Origin: Camelus dromedarius
Taxonomy: Eukaryota
Assembly: GCF_036321535.1 (NCBI RefSeq)
Contig: NC_087436.1
Coordinates: 45,944,001-46,008,000 of the forward strand
Direction: 5' to 3'
DNA: 64,000 nt
The first letter of the stretch is position 1, and each line of letters opens with the position of its first letter. Below are positions 1 to 13,100 of this stretch, piece by piece. Under the pieces are notes generated by a model, which worked only from the letters and a program-made list of their open reading frames with translations, was not told the DNA's origin and made no database searches. The position numbers and the translations under genes are program-made.

Positions 1-424
1 TCACATTTCAACAAAATAAAAGCTTATCATGACAGATGAGATGCTACATGACTTAGACACTGTTTGTCTCTTCAATCTCATCTCACTCTCCCCTTTTCCT
101 TGCTTACCTTACTCTGGTCATCCCTCAGTTCCCAGAACATGACAAGTTTTTTTGGTCTCAGGGGCGTAACACATGTTATTCTGTCTAGAATGGTCCCTCC
201 CACCATTTTGTATTAACTAAATGTTTTACATGCAGTATCTTATTTAATCTTCATAGCAAACATTTGAGGTACACACTATTGCTTCCTATCCTTTTTTCCA
301 TTCAAATGTATTTATCACTTAACTTATCATGAAAATTAACTCTGCACTGACAATACGAAGTCACTAGAGAGCTGGAGTTGGTAAACAAGCTGTGGGGCTA
401 ACCCAGCATGCCTCTTCCCCATTT

Positions 425-770
425 CTTTTTTTATGTAGACTTTATTTTTTTTAATGGGTTCGAGTTGATTTACAATGTTGTGTTAATTTCTGGTGAACAG
501 CACAGTGATTCATTTATCCATATATGTACATTCCTTTCCGTATTATATCATGTAATTTTCATTTCTTTTTTGTGGTGGGAATAATTAAGATCTAGTCTCT
601 CAGCAAGTTCAATGATTCTAATACTATTGTCTATATTGCTCATTTCTTTTTAGTGTAAATAATATTCCTCTGCCTGGATGTACCATAATTTATCGACTAA
701 CTTACTTGGATGCTTCCAAGTTTTGGCAGTTATGAATAAAGCTGCTACAAACATCCATGTGCAGGTTATT
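425..770 (-). mobile_element. Stacked L1 3'-end fragments
   Basis: Motifs such as agttgatttacaatgttgtgttaatttctggtg and ttatgaataaagctgctacaaacatccatgtgcagg are typical of antisense L1 3' ends. Confidence 0.7.
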
Positions 771-1336
771 TCTCATATTTTAATTATCAGAATACTGGAA
801 CACAGGGAGACTAAGTAGTCTGTCTACAGTCACACAGCTAATAAGTGACACAGTCAAGCTGTTAGAAGCCCCGACTCTTTAAATTGCTTTGCTGGACTGT
901 CACCCTGGTGGCAAAAGGAATGGGGAACTGCACCTGGCTCAGGTTACCGTGTGCTGTGCCCACACCTGCAGGGAGCAGTGGGCTCTGTTTCCAAATGAAG
1001 AGTAAGGCAGGGGTCCTAGGAAGACAGAAACAGCTGTTAAAACCAGCTCCACACTATTGAAACCCAAGTAAACAAGGCTCCCAGGTACCAGTGATCTGAA
1101 TCAGAGGGAAAAGATATTAGGTGCTTCTATTACAAACAAATATTAAGCAATTGCATTCATACAGTAATGCTGAAACTAATTTATTAGTTGCAAATAATTT
1201 GTTTTTGGCCAATACACTCTAATATTTCAATGTTTTGTAACAGACTAGAGCAGGGAAAGCAAATTAGCCTAACATTTTCTCTCTGGGTTGTAATCCTTTA
1301 CAATTTTGCTTTCAAAAGCATTTCCTTGTTGGATGA

Positions 1337-1458
1337 AGAGAAGGGACAGAGGGGGAGGGAGAGAGAGATGGAGGGAGAGATGGAGGGAGGGAGGGACCGA
1401 GGGGAGGAAGGAACGAAGGAACGAAGGAACCAAGGAAGGGACACACACACACACACAC
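1337..1458 (+). repeat. Polypurine (GA-rich) tract followed by (AC)9
   Basis: Directly visible: gagaggggga...ggaaggg, then acacacacacacacacac at 1441-1458. Confidence 0.9.
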
Positions 1459-2189
1459 AAGAATATAATTTCAGGGGTCCTGCTGAGGTCAGTCGAGAGA
1501 ACTGGCTTATATGCCAAGTGCTTATCAGAAGGGATACAAATGTGGCCTGGCTGAGACAGTGCAAGTCAACAGGTGAAAGTTATTGCTGGTTACCAGCCAA
1601 GTGCTGTAGGTATTACTCCTGTTTCTTTTCTGTTTCAGTCTTGTGTATTAACTACTCTTCTTGGTCTGCCCAGATCAAAAAGAAAAATTTATTTTAACAG
1701 CGATGACTCATGCAGTACCTGAAAGAGACTGGAGTATTAATTAAGAGAACTGCCTACTGTGTGCTACAAATGCCATTTTTGCTAGGCAGATTTAAAATAT
1801 AAATCTCGAGACAAGTCAGAAGAGTTCATCAAAAGAGAGCTGCTGTATAGCCATTTGATTTTTGTTTTGTCCAGGGAAGCAAAAAGAAATCATGAAAGCT
1901 GGGAGCTCAGTGTGAGGTTCTACAGAAAATCATGATGCACCACAGGGTGGAAAACTAATGAACCCAAGGAGAAGCTTCAAAGCAAAACAGTTATGTAACT
2001 AAGGAGTTTGTGTGCTTGCTTCACACATTCCACAGAACTCCACAGTAGGTGGGGTACATCAAATACGGTTTAAAATGATTGAGATTTCTTCTTTTTTGAA
2101 GCTCATATTTTACCCATTTCCTTGTTCAATATTTCTTCTGCATTCTTATTCCATCCATGTTAAATTCTGAGCAGTGCTTTCACTGAGAG

Positions 2190-3000
2190 CCTGTGTGTGA
2201 GTAGTAAACCCCGTCTGTTATAAATTCGATTTCTGTCCTTTTTACTGTTGAGTTTAATCTGTTTACATTTATTGTTATCTTGAATAAATTTGGATATCTG
2301 TCTTCTTATTTTGTGTTTTCTATTTATCCTGATTTTCTTTTGCTTCCTTCTTCTTTCTTGTCTTCTAATAATTTAACTCTTTCTTTATATTACTTTCTCT
2401 CTACTGGTTTGGAAGTACACATGGTGTACTTTTTTTTTTTTTTTTCCTTCTATCCTTTCAGTGTTTGCCCTTTACATTCTGAGACATTCTTACTTAGTTT
2501 CGAGAGTAAAGTTTATTTTTCTACCCTACTGCTGAACAGGAACAAGGATCTTAGACAGTATCAATCACAATCACAATACCTTACTTTTTACAACTCCCAA
2601 ATTGACATCTTGACTGTTTTACATAGTAATTGTCTCTTAGATTCATCTGTAAGTTTTCCAACTATTTTGCTCTCCATTTCTTCTTACATCCTGTTTTCTT
2701 ATATGTTCACTTTCCTGCTTCCTGAGAAAAACTTTCAGTAAGAATCTTTTAATCGCTCAGACTTAATTTTATTGAAAATGATAGTTTACTAGATATAAAC
2801 TTCCAGGTTGTTATTTCCCCTCAGAACTTTGAAGATATTCTTTTGCCTTCTGGCCTCCATTAACACATCTTGTGTAAAATTAAGATTTTCTGAAAGTTTT
2901 TTTTCTCCCTTTCTGCTTCTGGGGTTCTACAGTTTCACTATCGTGTGTCAGGTAAAGATCTAACTTCATTTTCCTACTTGGGATGCATCACATTTCTTTA
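2190..3000 (-). mobile_element. Old L1M fragment
   Basis: T-rich degraded antisense L1 motifs (tttaatctgtttacatttattg; ttcagaactttgaagatatt-like). Confidence 0.55.
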
Positions 3001-3004
3001 AGGA

Positions 3005-4545
3005 TTTATTCTGAGAAGGGTATGTGTGGGAAGAGGAGTGGCCCGAGGTGGGGAGTCTGCACCCGAGAGTGGCGGGAGGGCATCCCCGCAGCGGGGCAGC
3101 CGGCACCAGGGTGTCCGAGCCTCAGCCCGGCAAAGAGGGCGTCCACGTAGTGCAAGCGGGGTTCGTGTTGGGTAGCAGAGCCTGAATGGGGTGAGGAGGG
3201 CATCCCCATGGAAGGTCGGCTCAGAACCAGGTGAGGAACGTATCCGTGCAGGGGAAGGTGTGGTGGCAGAGGTGAGAGGCTGTCACACACCAGAAAACTG
3301 ACCCAACAAGCAACTAGATCAAGAATAACCATATCTATTCCGTCAAAGAAGGGAGCTACACTACGGAAAGAGAGAGCACTAGAATGAACCCTGTAGTACT
3401 GGAATGAAATTGGAAGTATTGGTATGAATTCATGGTTTTTAATATGGAAAAACATAAATAAAACTAACAACATGAACACAGAACTTCTAAAAAAGATGCA
3501 AATATTTAATGTATGTGTATATAAATATAAAAGATTTAAATTTATATATTTATATTTTCATATAAATAAACAAATAAAAAATAACTTTTGAGGGGACTAT
3601 GGGGAATAACACTCTCAATAATGAGCGTACTGAGCAGCCAGGTCTGGGCTTCTAAATACCATTCTTATCCAAAAGGAACCAGAGCCCCCTGGAGACATGA
3701 CTAATTCCAGGGCTGGGGCATGGAGAGGACAAGATGAGCTTAGAAAGCAAGGAAGTGCTCAATGAACAATGGGAGACATGTCAAAAGGGGGCACCAGCCA
3801 GCTTGCAGGGAGTCCCAGTGATCAAATCCAGGACCATCTGAGCATTAAAATCAATAATGATAGTAACAGATTATAATCCATTGAAGAAAACAGGAAACCA
3901 TGAGTCCACTCTGATATAATTAAGTAAATAAATAAGATTAAGGTGTGATAAGGAACAAGACATTTATGTTTAATATGCCTCCACACAAGATACCAAGGGA
4001 AAGACAGCAAGTGCAAAGGGAGGAAGTCTGGCAGACACCACCTTAATCAAGTGATCAAAGTGCACACTGTCAGTCATGGGGCAAACTGCCATTGCGCAGC
4101 ATGAGGGACACACGCAGCACTTTCGTGGGACTCCTGACAAGGATGTTTAGTCTGAATCAAACTCCAGGGAAACACGGGACAGGCCTAAACAGAAACAGTC
4201 TACAAAATAACTGTAATCTTCTAAGGAGTCAAAATCGTTGAAAGTCAAGGAAATAATGTGATAATATTCCAGATTGGAGACAAGACAGCTAAATTCAACT
4301 GTAATTCTGAATTTTTTGCAACAGGGAATATTACTGGGAAAATTGACAAAATGTGAACAGGGTCTAAGAATTAGATAGTGGTAATGTTAGTTTTCTGATT
4401 CTGCTGGTTGTTTATGGTTAAGCTGGAGAATGTTCTTGTGTTTGAGAGGGAATGGCACCATGTCAACAACTTACTCTCAAACAGTTCAGAAACAAAACCT
4501 TACAACTTTTCTATAAATCTGCAATTATTTCAAAATAAAACAGTG
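3005..4545 (+). mobile_element. L1MC/L1MD-type 3' UTR fragment
   Basis: Characteristic motifs aaaaggaaccagagccc...attccagggctggggca and caccaccttaatcaagtgatcaaag, ending attattttcaaaataaaa. Confidence 0.75.
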
Positions 4546-5033
4546 CTAAAAACAGTAAGTGCAGGCAAATCTCAAAACTATCATTTATAGAGAGAATTGA
4601 CAAGTTCCCCTTAACAAGGGATCAAACATTAAATAAAACTTTTTTGCATGCCAGTGGAGAACTATGGTTACTTAGGGAATTGAAATTTTTTTTTAATTAA
4701 AAATTTTATGTACCCTTTACAAGTTCGTATTCAGAAACTCTAAGACTATTGGCATTCTTGTGACATGTCAATAAAGCTTAAAAAAGAAACTATCATATTC
4801 ATCCTATGACAACCCTTTCTTAGAAGAGTATTATTAAAAGACCATTGTGAAAACGTACACAAACTACTACACATGCAGAAGTCAATTATTTCAAGATCGA
4901 CTCACCCAAACTCAGCACCTTCTTTCAATTTACATCCCACCCATGACCCATCTTGAAAAGTCGATCACTTACTAATCCAGTCAGGGGGCTCACATTTCCA
5001 GGACAGCATCAGTTATCTGTTAAACAAACTTAC

Positions 5034-5107
5034 CTATACAGTCAAATTTGAATAATACTGCTTCTCCTGAATGTTAACAAATGATCAATTACTTTCAGTA
5101 TTAAAGT
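5034..5107 (-). other. Candidate 74-nt non-coding exon
   Basis: Consensus donor TAG|GTAAGT at 5034/5033 and acceptor atattctctactag| at 5108. Stops in all three frames; lies in non-repetitive sequence. Confidence 0.3.
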
Positions 5108-5999
5108 CTAGTAGAGAATATATCACAACAACTCCACTACACTGCCTTTTAACTAAAAACACGTCACTGAGTGTGACTGAAGGAAAAAAAATCAGTTTAA
5201 AAAAATTCACTATTTTCATCCTTTCAGAGTGGCAACAGCAGCTTTTTGTGCTCCAACCTGACATTCTACATGCATTTGGAAAATGTCAAGTATCGAGAAA
5301 TAGAACGTATGACCCCAAAAGAAGCCCAGCTCATTTGAAAATAAAAAGATGCAGCAGCATGACTTCGAAAAGGAAACAACTATTTGACGTGGGGTGAAGG
5401 GAGACACTGACCTGCCAAGGACAACAGCAGGAACTAGCATAACTTACATAATGAATATAAATCAGAGAGAAGTGTTCATATTTAAATTTCTTAGCTGAAA
5501 GGCAACAGTGATACACTGATACAGAAAAATAAAATGAAAACAGAATACTGCTAAATAAAAGCCTCTTGAGGAGGACTTTAATTACTCTGCTCCAAAAGCA
5601 CCCCACGTGACGCTCGTCTCAGTATGAGGCTTTCGACAATAATATGGTGCTGCGATTTGCCCTTTCCACATCCTCAAGTGAAAACTCCGTTATTACTGCT
5701 TTTTTTCAGGGATCGCTCAGTTGTATCCCACAGATATCATTAGATCATGTAATTTACTTTAAAAAGATTTAAGACACAAGCTGGAAACTGAATAAGAAAA
5801 AGCACCAGGCTTGGTTCCTAACAACATCTGGCTATTCAGAACTATCAAATTGTAAGTGCTTATCACTATTAAAGATACTCAAAATAACATGGCTCAAGGT
5901 CTAAAAACAACTCCAAGATGCAGTCATAATATTTTGCAAAGTCAATATAATTATTATCTGTTTTCCCAAACTAAAGGTATTTATTTAGCTATGTATGGT

Positions 6000-6135
6000 C
6001 TAATATGTATACATTTATACATATGTGTACTTACGCATTATGTATACATTTACGTATATTTGTGTATTTTCACATGTATATACATAATATGTATATATTT
6101 ATATACATGTTAGAACGAATATATACACATATTTA
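6000..6135. repeat. Degenerate (TA/TG/CA)n low-complexity repeat
   Basis: Alternating purine-pyrimidine run: tatgtatacatttatacatatg... Confidence 0.8.
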
Positions 6136-6261
6136 TTTAAATCAGTGTCTATGTTTATAGTCACAACTTTATATACTGCAGAAGTACCTGAAGAGCTTTG
6201 TATGACAAAGGTAGTGGTTCCATAATGGGAAACCGATGGGCACCTGATAAAGGGAACATAC

Positions 6262-6410
6262 CCGGATTTCTTTAGCAAGCACATAATTCCAGGCTATTGC
6301 ACACTCTGTTGTGGTGGACGTGGAAGTGACTGCTCCCCTGAGTGACAGAAGCTCTGCAGCAGATCCCTTTTCACGGGAGATCTGGATGTGCAGGGACCTG
6401 ATCAATGCAA
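6262..6410 (-). other. Candidate internal exon (weak)
   Basis: Acceptor tatgtgttatataccgcag| at 6411 and donor CGG|GTATGT at 6261, with alternative donors near 6243 and 6187. Unique sequence; no recognisable protein. Confidence 0.2.
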
Positions 6411-6459
6411 CTGCGGTATATAACACATAAAAATACAAAGTTGTTCAGTCAACAGTTAA

Positions 6460-7440
6460 TTTAACAAATACCTCCTGAGCAGCTGTCGTGTGCTGAGCCA
6501 CCCAGCTCCTTCAAAGTTCTGCACCAATCCAGCCATCCTTCCCTGCTTTCTCATTGTTACCGGGATAAAGTCTTTCTGTGTCTCCCTCAGGCTAACACAC
6601 TTCTCCTGAGCTTGGGAGCCCAACCCTTCCTGCTACACTAGAGACCTCACTTTGCTGAGTATCTTCTCCATCAGATCTCTCCCCACCAGCAGGTAAGCTT
6701 GCTCCTGCCTCTCCTACCTTCTTACCATCTTCTCTACATCCCCACCCGCTTCTCGCTTCTTAGCTAAGTGATATGAAAGGGCTGGTCACGTTTGCTGTCT
6801 TACTTAGCTTTCACTCATTCTTTACCTATTACAACCTGGCTTCTGTTCCATCATTCCCTGAAATTAATCTCAGAAGGCCTCTGCTCTCCTTGTTTCCAGA
6901 GCAACTGAAAACTTTTTAGTCACTGACTTCACAGAAGCAAATGGCCACTTTTGATCACTCTCTCCTTGAAACATTCTCTGTTTTGGCCTCCATGATACCA
7001 CGTTCCCGAGATCTCTGATTGTATCTTCTCAGCCTCCTTCAGAGAGTCCTCTTCTTGTCATCCTTTAAATGTTGGTGTTTTCCAGAGTTCCAGCCTAGGC
7101 TATCTGCTCCCACCTCACTCTGTGTATTCTCTTTGGGGAATCTCACCTAGTCACATGGCTTCAACTTCGTTATTTTTGCTGATGACTCAAAGTTGTATGT
7201 ATCTCCAATTCAGAGCCTCCTTTGTCCATCTAATTTGTACATATGTTGAAGCTTTTTGGGATATCTACCTAGCTCACACAATCCTCCATTTTCTAAAAAC
7301 TGCCTCTAATTCCACCTAGAGTGTAGCAATGGTGGGGTCCCCCAAACCATGTCTGTATTATGTGATATCCCCAGTCCCTTCATCACAACTGACCAGACAT
7401 CTGCTCCACGTTGGGCCAGATCCCCAGGCTAGGAATCTAA
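6460..7440. mobile_element. L2 fragment
   Basis: Pyrimidine-rich degraded L2 motifs (ctccttgaaacattctct...ggcctccatgataccac; ttaaatgttggtgtttcc). Confidence 0.6.
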
Positions 7441-7459
7441 GACTAAATCTATGTTCAAA

Positions 7460-8020
7460 CTGGAACTCTCATACACTGCTGGTGAGTGTGCCAGCTACCA
7501 CTCTAAAAGCTGGCAGTTATCTCCAAATACACACGTTACCTAATGACCCAGAAATTCCACTCCCAGATATAAACCAGGAGAAGAAATTGCGTATGTGCTC
7601 AAAAGACAAACATAAGAACATTCCTAGAAGCACTCTCTATAATAAGCAAACATTGGAAGCTACAGAAATCTTCATCATCAATACAATAAATAAACTGAGG
7701 TATATTCATCAGATGCAAGACTTTAGCAATGCAACAGCATGGATGAATCTCACAAATACGTTAAGCGACACAGTACAAAGAGTATATGTTCTAAGATTCC
7801 ATTTATGTAAGTTGCAAAAAATAGGCAAAAGTAAACCATGCTGTTAGAAGGCAGGATGGTGGTTATACTTCAGGGTTTAGGCAGCGACTAACAGGCAACA
7901 TGAGGGGGCTTCTAGGGTGCTGGTAATATTGTTTCTTGAACTGGGCTCTAACAGCATAGCAATGTTCACTCTGAAAATTCATTAGACTTATGGACAATGC
8001 ACTTCCTACATGACTATTAT
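7460..8020 (+). mobile_element. L1ME-type 3' fragment
   Basis: Motifs gcaacagcatggatgaatctcacaaa, gattccatttatgtaagtt and ggcttctagggtgctggtaat. Confidence 0.75.
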
Positions 8021-10930
8021 TCAAGATGCTCAGCTAAATTTGAACTGGACTCCTGAAATGACATTTAAATTCTCATTTGTGAGAATTCTTTACAACAGAC
8101 TTAGTACAGGAATAATGAAAGCACAGATAACAATGGAGAGAATACAGTAAAATAGAGCCCCAGAGAGAGAAATCACTTAGGAAGGAAAACTTTACATGGG
8201 AGGTACATAACCAATTATTTGCTCCTTATCTAAACTAATTATTGTCAAGAATTATCTGAAAGGAAGAGAATCAAGAATGAAGAGTTCTGGCCAGATGGAG
8301 CTAATCAAGTCGGCTTCCTCGCTTTGATGCCTGGGTGTTGGAGAGGATAGGAGGCTGAGGCTGTGGGTCAGCACAGCGGGAACTCTACTCATGGATCTGC
8401 AAAACCAATACACAGAACGCTTTCAATCTATACCACTGCGGGCCTATTTAATGACATAGTCAGGGTTTCTTTTAAAAATTCTTTGTAAAATATTGTGCCC
8501 TATTCAAATAAATGCAAAACAAAAGAGTTTGACTGAAAGCCAACATGATTTAAACTTTAACAGATATTTCTTTGCTTCTGTCAATTCTAATGTTATGAAT
8601 TTATAATTATATATATTTCATTTTGGACTCCTTCCAAAATACAATGTATGCACTTCTATCTTCCATCTGCCCCTTACATCTCTACTTTCTAACCTCACCC
8701 CTTTCTGCCTCCATCATAGTTTCATAGTCATCAGTTGGGAGTATGAGCCTCAGAGCCCGACATTCACTTGGTCACCATGCCCTGATATCTATCAAGATGG
8801 CACTGCAACAGAACCTGGCAATGACAGACAACTCCAAGGGGAGAAAAACTAAAAACCAACTAAAAATGTCATCAGTCACTCCTGAAAATAACTATAAAGC
8901 AGAACACATCTTATGGCAAGATGCTCTTTTAGGTCTACTGGCATCCAATAATTTCTTTTAGGAAAAAAAACAAAAACAAAAAGGAAACTGACAAGGATCT
9001 AAGCACAGAAAAGATTATTTTTTTAAGGTGGTCCTGTGAAACCATAATATGCAAACCAAGGACAATTTAACCCAACACAGGATGGAAGAGTGACTTTTAG
9101 TCTAGGACTGTACGGGGAGCCACAACAGAGACAGAATGCTGCCCTCAAGAAGCCAGCCCTCTGGCTGTGAAAACATAGCCTCAGAAGAAAAAAAAAGGGG
9201 GTTGCTTAGAAGCATGGGGCATATTACATGTGCAATGGTCATTTGGAGCAGAAAAACATTCTTTAAACATGCCTTGACGAAAAGGAGGAAAGGTCTAGGG
9301 GGGTGGAATCTGAGAGGAGGCTCAGCAGAGTCAAGAGAAGGGAAGGAGGCAGGCACTCACACAAGGAGGGAATGGAGAACGGAGACTTGATGGGCTTGAT
9401 GCAGGAAAAGATGAAATAAAGTATTTAATAAAATATAACTGAGTTTAATTTAATCTGTCAAAACAGCAGTTTTTGACAACAGAAATTCACTATTTCAGTA
9501 ATGTAAATTCCCATTAGATTTCTTTCACTTCAAATTTAGCCAAGATTCAGTTAAAGTTTATTTCAATGCAATATAAGGTTAAAGGGCTTGTAAAGGAAAG
9601 AATGTCAAAACAAAGAATGCTCTCAGAAACTACTGTATCTATCAAGGAGACTGAGCGCCACGAAGAAGCAAAGCACCGCAGGGCATCAGCTCACTGGGGC
9701 TTTTATCCTGGTGCTTCTCTCACTGACTCACTCTAGCCACGTTCGCAAGGGCAAATCCCACAACTTCTTTCAGGACTTGTTCAGGGATATAATTAATAAG
9801 TTGAATAAGGTAAGTGGCTTCAAATATTTTTTTAAATGTGAAACCCTTGAATGTCCAAATGTACTCCTACCCAGGAGGAATGTATAAAATAGATAGATGA
9901 GAAACTGCTCTGAAAGACCACAGCCCCAGTGAGCTGACCACCCTGTAACTCTCCCTACCCATCCCACCAATTTACCTCCCCCTAAGATGAATCCCAGAGA
10001 AATTTTCCAAACCCCTAGGCTCCTCTGGAACACAAGCTATAAGTCCTCAGACCACGTTTCCAAAGTCCTTTCTAGTTTAAGATGTGGGAGTTCCTCTTAT
10101 CAAATGCAATTATGACCAGTAGTTAGCTGGTAATAAGAGGAAATATGCTGAATAGTGCAAACATATCTTAAACACTTTAACACCCAAAACAAATAAATTT
10201 TCATTCATTTGCCAATATTTTGTTGTACAGTTAAAGTCTTTCCTTTGAGAGGGAACCCATTGATTGATATTCTACAAAAACCATTATCCATAAGGCACCA
10301 TCTGACATCTCCAGTTTCCATTTCTTTAAAGAAAGACCTTTAGGACTCCTGAGAAGCAATCTCAGTTCAGAATTTTTCTAGATTTTCATGATTTTTGTCC
10401 CTGGGATTTCACTGTTGGCTTGTCCACATCTAATTCAACAATAAATTTGAATAACTCATATTTATTAAATTGTCCAGAGTATTTCAATTAATTTTCATAA
10501 AGGTACACTTACAGTCATATTTCTTTGGTTTATACACCATTTATAAAGTACATAATTACAATAACAAATACAATATAAACATGCTTGGGAATGAACAGTT
10601 GATTCTTGGTAAGTCAACAATTCAACTGATGGGAAGAGCCTCAAGAACTCAGCATGCCTGCATGTTTTACAGATGGAAGAAGTGGAATGCGGTTAAGAGG
10701 AACTTGACTAAATGGATAGTAGAGAGCTGTGCATTATACTGTGCATAATTTTACCTAAATTGAGCACTTTAGAAGCTGCTGTTTATATGTAATTGTGTGT
10801 TAATTATACATTATTTCATTAATCGGATTTCTAAATAAAGAGCTGGGTTTCTAAGATTCTGTTCTTGTCAACACTACTAACTTAGTAAGCATCACTGCAT
10901 ACACTTCCAAACAAGTACATGTAAAAGTCT

Positions 10931-11385
10931 TGTGGTAGCCAGCTTCCAAAATGGTCCCCAATAATCCACACATCCCAGTATTCACACCCTTCCGTAATGC
11001 CCTCCTACACTGAATTAGGGCTGAATTGTGCGGCCAACGTAATACCGTAGAAGTGATGACAGGTGAATTCCGAGGCTATGTCATGAAAGGCACTGTGGCT
11101 GCTGCTTGGTCTCTTGGATCACTGTTTCTGGGCAGCACATTATGAAAATGCTCAAGAAAACCAATGGAGAGGTCAACATGACTAGGAACTGAGGCCACCA
11201 GCTGACAGCCAGCCACGTGGCGGCAGCTCCAGCAGCAGCTCCAGCAGGAGACACTGAGCTAGAACCGCCCAGCCAAGCTGCTCCCCGATCCTGCCACACC
11301 AAACTGTGAAAGTAACAAATCATTATTGCTGTTTTAAGACACTTAGCTTTGCGGTGATTTGCTATGCAAAAGTCCATGCTAAATC
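10931..11385 (+). mobile_element. MaLR LTR (MLT1E/F-like)
   Basis: Starts tgtggtagccagcttccaaaatggtcccc and ends tgttttaagacact...tgatttgctatgca. Confidence 0.75.
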
Positions 11386-11467
11386 TAAAATTCCCACTGT
11401 TTTAGGTCTGGTTCAGGTTAAACTTCTCTAGTTTAAAAAAGTGAGAATTTATTCATACTAAAAAATT

Positions 11468-11635
11468 AGGGGTAAGCAAACTATGGCCCATGAACTTTTT
11501 TTTTTTTTTAATTTGAAGGGTTTTTTGTTTGTTTTTAAATGAAGAGTGAGTATGCAACAGATACCATATGTGGCTCACAAAGTCTGAACGATTTACTATA
11601 TGGTACTTTACCAAAAAAGTCTGCTGCTCTCTGCT
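11468..11635 (+). mobile_element. MER58-like hAT MITE
   Basis: ggggtaagcaaactatggccc...tttactatatggtactttaccaaaaaagtctgctg. Confidence 0.65.
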
Positions 11636-11739
11636 CCAAACGCCAGTGACAGAGGGAGGCCCTGCTTCAGGTCTGTGCTCTACACTCTGGGCTTTAATAA
11701 CACATCTAGGCTGAGGCAGAGTGGGGTCTCGGGGGAGTT

Positions 11740-12300
11740 TTCTCTCCCCAAGGCTGAGGTTCAGACCCCTTCGAAGAGGGTGTAGCTACCCCGTAGTGAG
11801 AAACACGCCGCTGCTGGTGGCACAGAAACTTCCAGGAGAGCACCAGCCGGCGCTGCGCTGTGCAAGGCGCCTGCTGTTTGTCAAGACAGCTCTCTCGGAG
11901 GGAAGGCGGCCCAGGATACAGCTGGAGCGCCTTAAGAAACAGCTGGCAGGTGGGGAGAGGAAGGTTCCAGGGTGTTGCTTAAACTGGTCTGTGAGGACCC
12001 CTGAATTCTTGGCCTGAAGAACCGAGAATCAGACCCGGGAACGGAAGCGCAGCTGACTCTTGAACAACGAGTGCAGGTTGGGGCGCCGACCCCTTGCGCA
12101 GTGCAAACCCACACACAACTGACAGGCAGCTCTCCGCGGCGTCCGCGGACCGGGCAGAACTGCTTACTACTGAAGAGCATCGGCGTGTAAGCGAACCCGC
12201 ACAGCTGAAGGGCCACCTGTACTTCCCGCTGCTCGCGTCCCGCGGTCTCTCTCCAGTCCCTCTACTGACGCAGCCTAACGCCGCATCGGCGGGCAAAAGG
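11740..12300. promoter_or_regulatory. Intragenic CpG-rich element (enhancer or alternative promoter)
   Basis: Local CpG enrichment in non-repeat sequence. ETS core CGGAAG at 12042-12047; CAGCTG E-boxes at 11919, 11940, 12050 and 12202; CACCTG at 12214. Confidence 0.55.
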
Positions 12301-13000
12301 GAAAAGTTTACAGGGTCCAGTGCCAATATCACAAAGCAAAGAAGGGTAAATTTGGAGCAGAGGGATAATAAACTGATAAGTGACACTGTACCTCCTCTTT
12401 TTCCTCATCCACTTAGTCCTGCATTTTTTAAATAGAAAAACATGTAAGCATGTGTTGTGAGACTCAATATTTATCACTATATTTACTAAACAAGCCACAG
12501 GCACTCAACTTCATTCTATTAGTAACTCATTTTCAGAGTTAAAAAGACCTCTAGTGAGATGAAGGCGTTTCACATTCCTATCCAGCTATCCAATGTTGGG
12601 GGGAAAAAACAGAAAAGGGAGTGTGATAGCTTGTTACGGAAAAGACAGGCCAGCCAAGAAACAAGCACCACTCGGAGGGTTGGAGTACTCAGATGTATTA
12701 CGCCGGCGGGCTCAGAGGGGCTTCTGCTCCGAAGCTCTGAGCACCTCCAAGTCGTGCGCATGAGGTTTTATAGGGTAAAGTACAAGCTTGGGGTATTCAG
12801 CCAATAGGCATGGAACAGCTTTAGCAGCATCATCATCACAAAAGTGGAGGCAGAGAGGCAGCAAAACAACATTTCAAAGCCAGATATGTATCTTTGAAAA
12901 TCCAGCTGGCTAGCAAAAAAAAAAAAAACATGAACAGCAAACCAACACTAATTAACTTAGATTTACAAGTTAGTCCAGAACTCAGATCAGTATTTCGATA

Positions 13001-13100
13001 CTTAGATTTGTGAGTTATCTTGTTAGCCCAGCCCAGCTTTTCTTTCACATTCTTAGACTTGTGAGTTATCTCGTTAGTCCAGCCCGGCTTTTCCTTCACA
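13001..13100 (+). repeat. Tandem duplication, period 51 bp, 2 copies
   Basis: cttagatttgtgagttatcttgttagcccagcccagcttttctttcaca vs cttagacttgtgagttatctcgttagtccagcccggcttttccttcaca; 5 mismatches in 49 bp. Confidence 0.9.

Noticed and set aside
1188..1697. 169-aa ORF with an E/R/G-rich stretch
   Set aside because: Produced by the GA-rich tract and (AC)n microsatellite.
13001..13100. Direct repeats as a possible CRISPR-like array
   Set aside because: Only two adjacent copies with no unique spacer, in a mammalian context with no cas-like ORFs.
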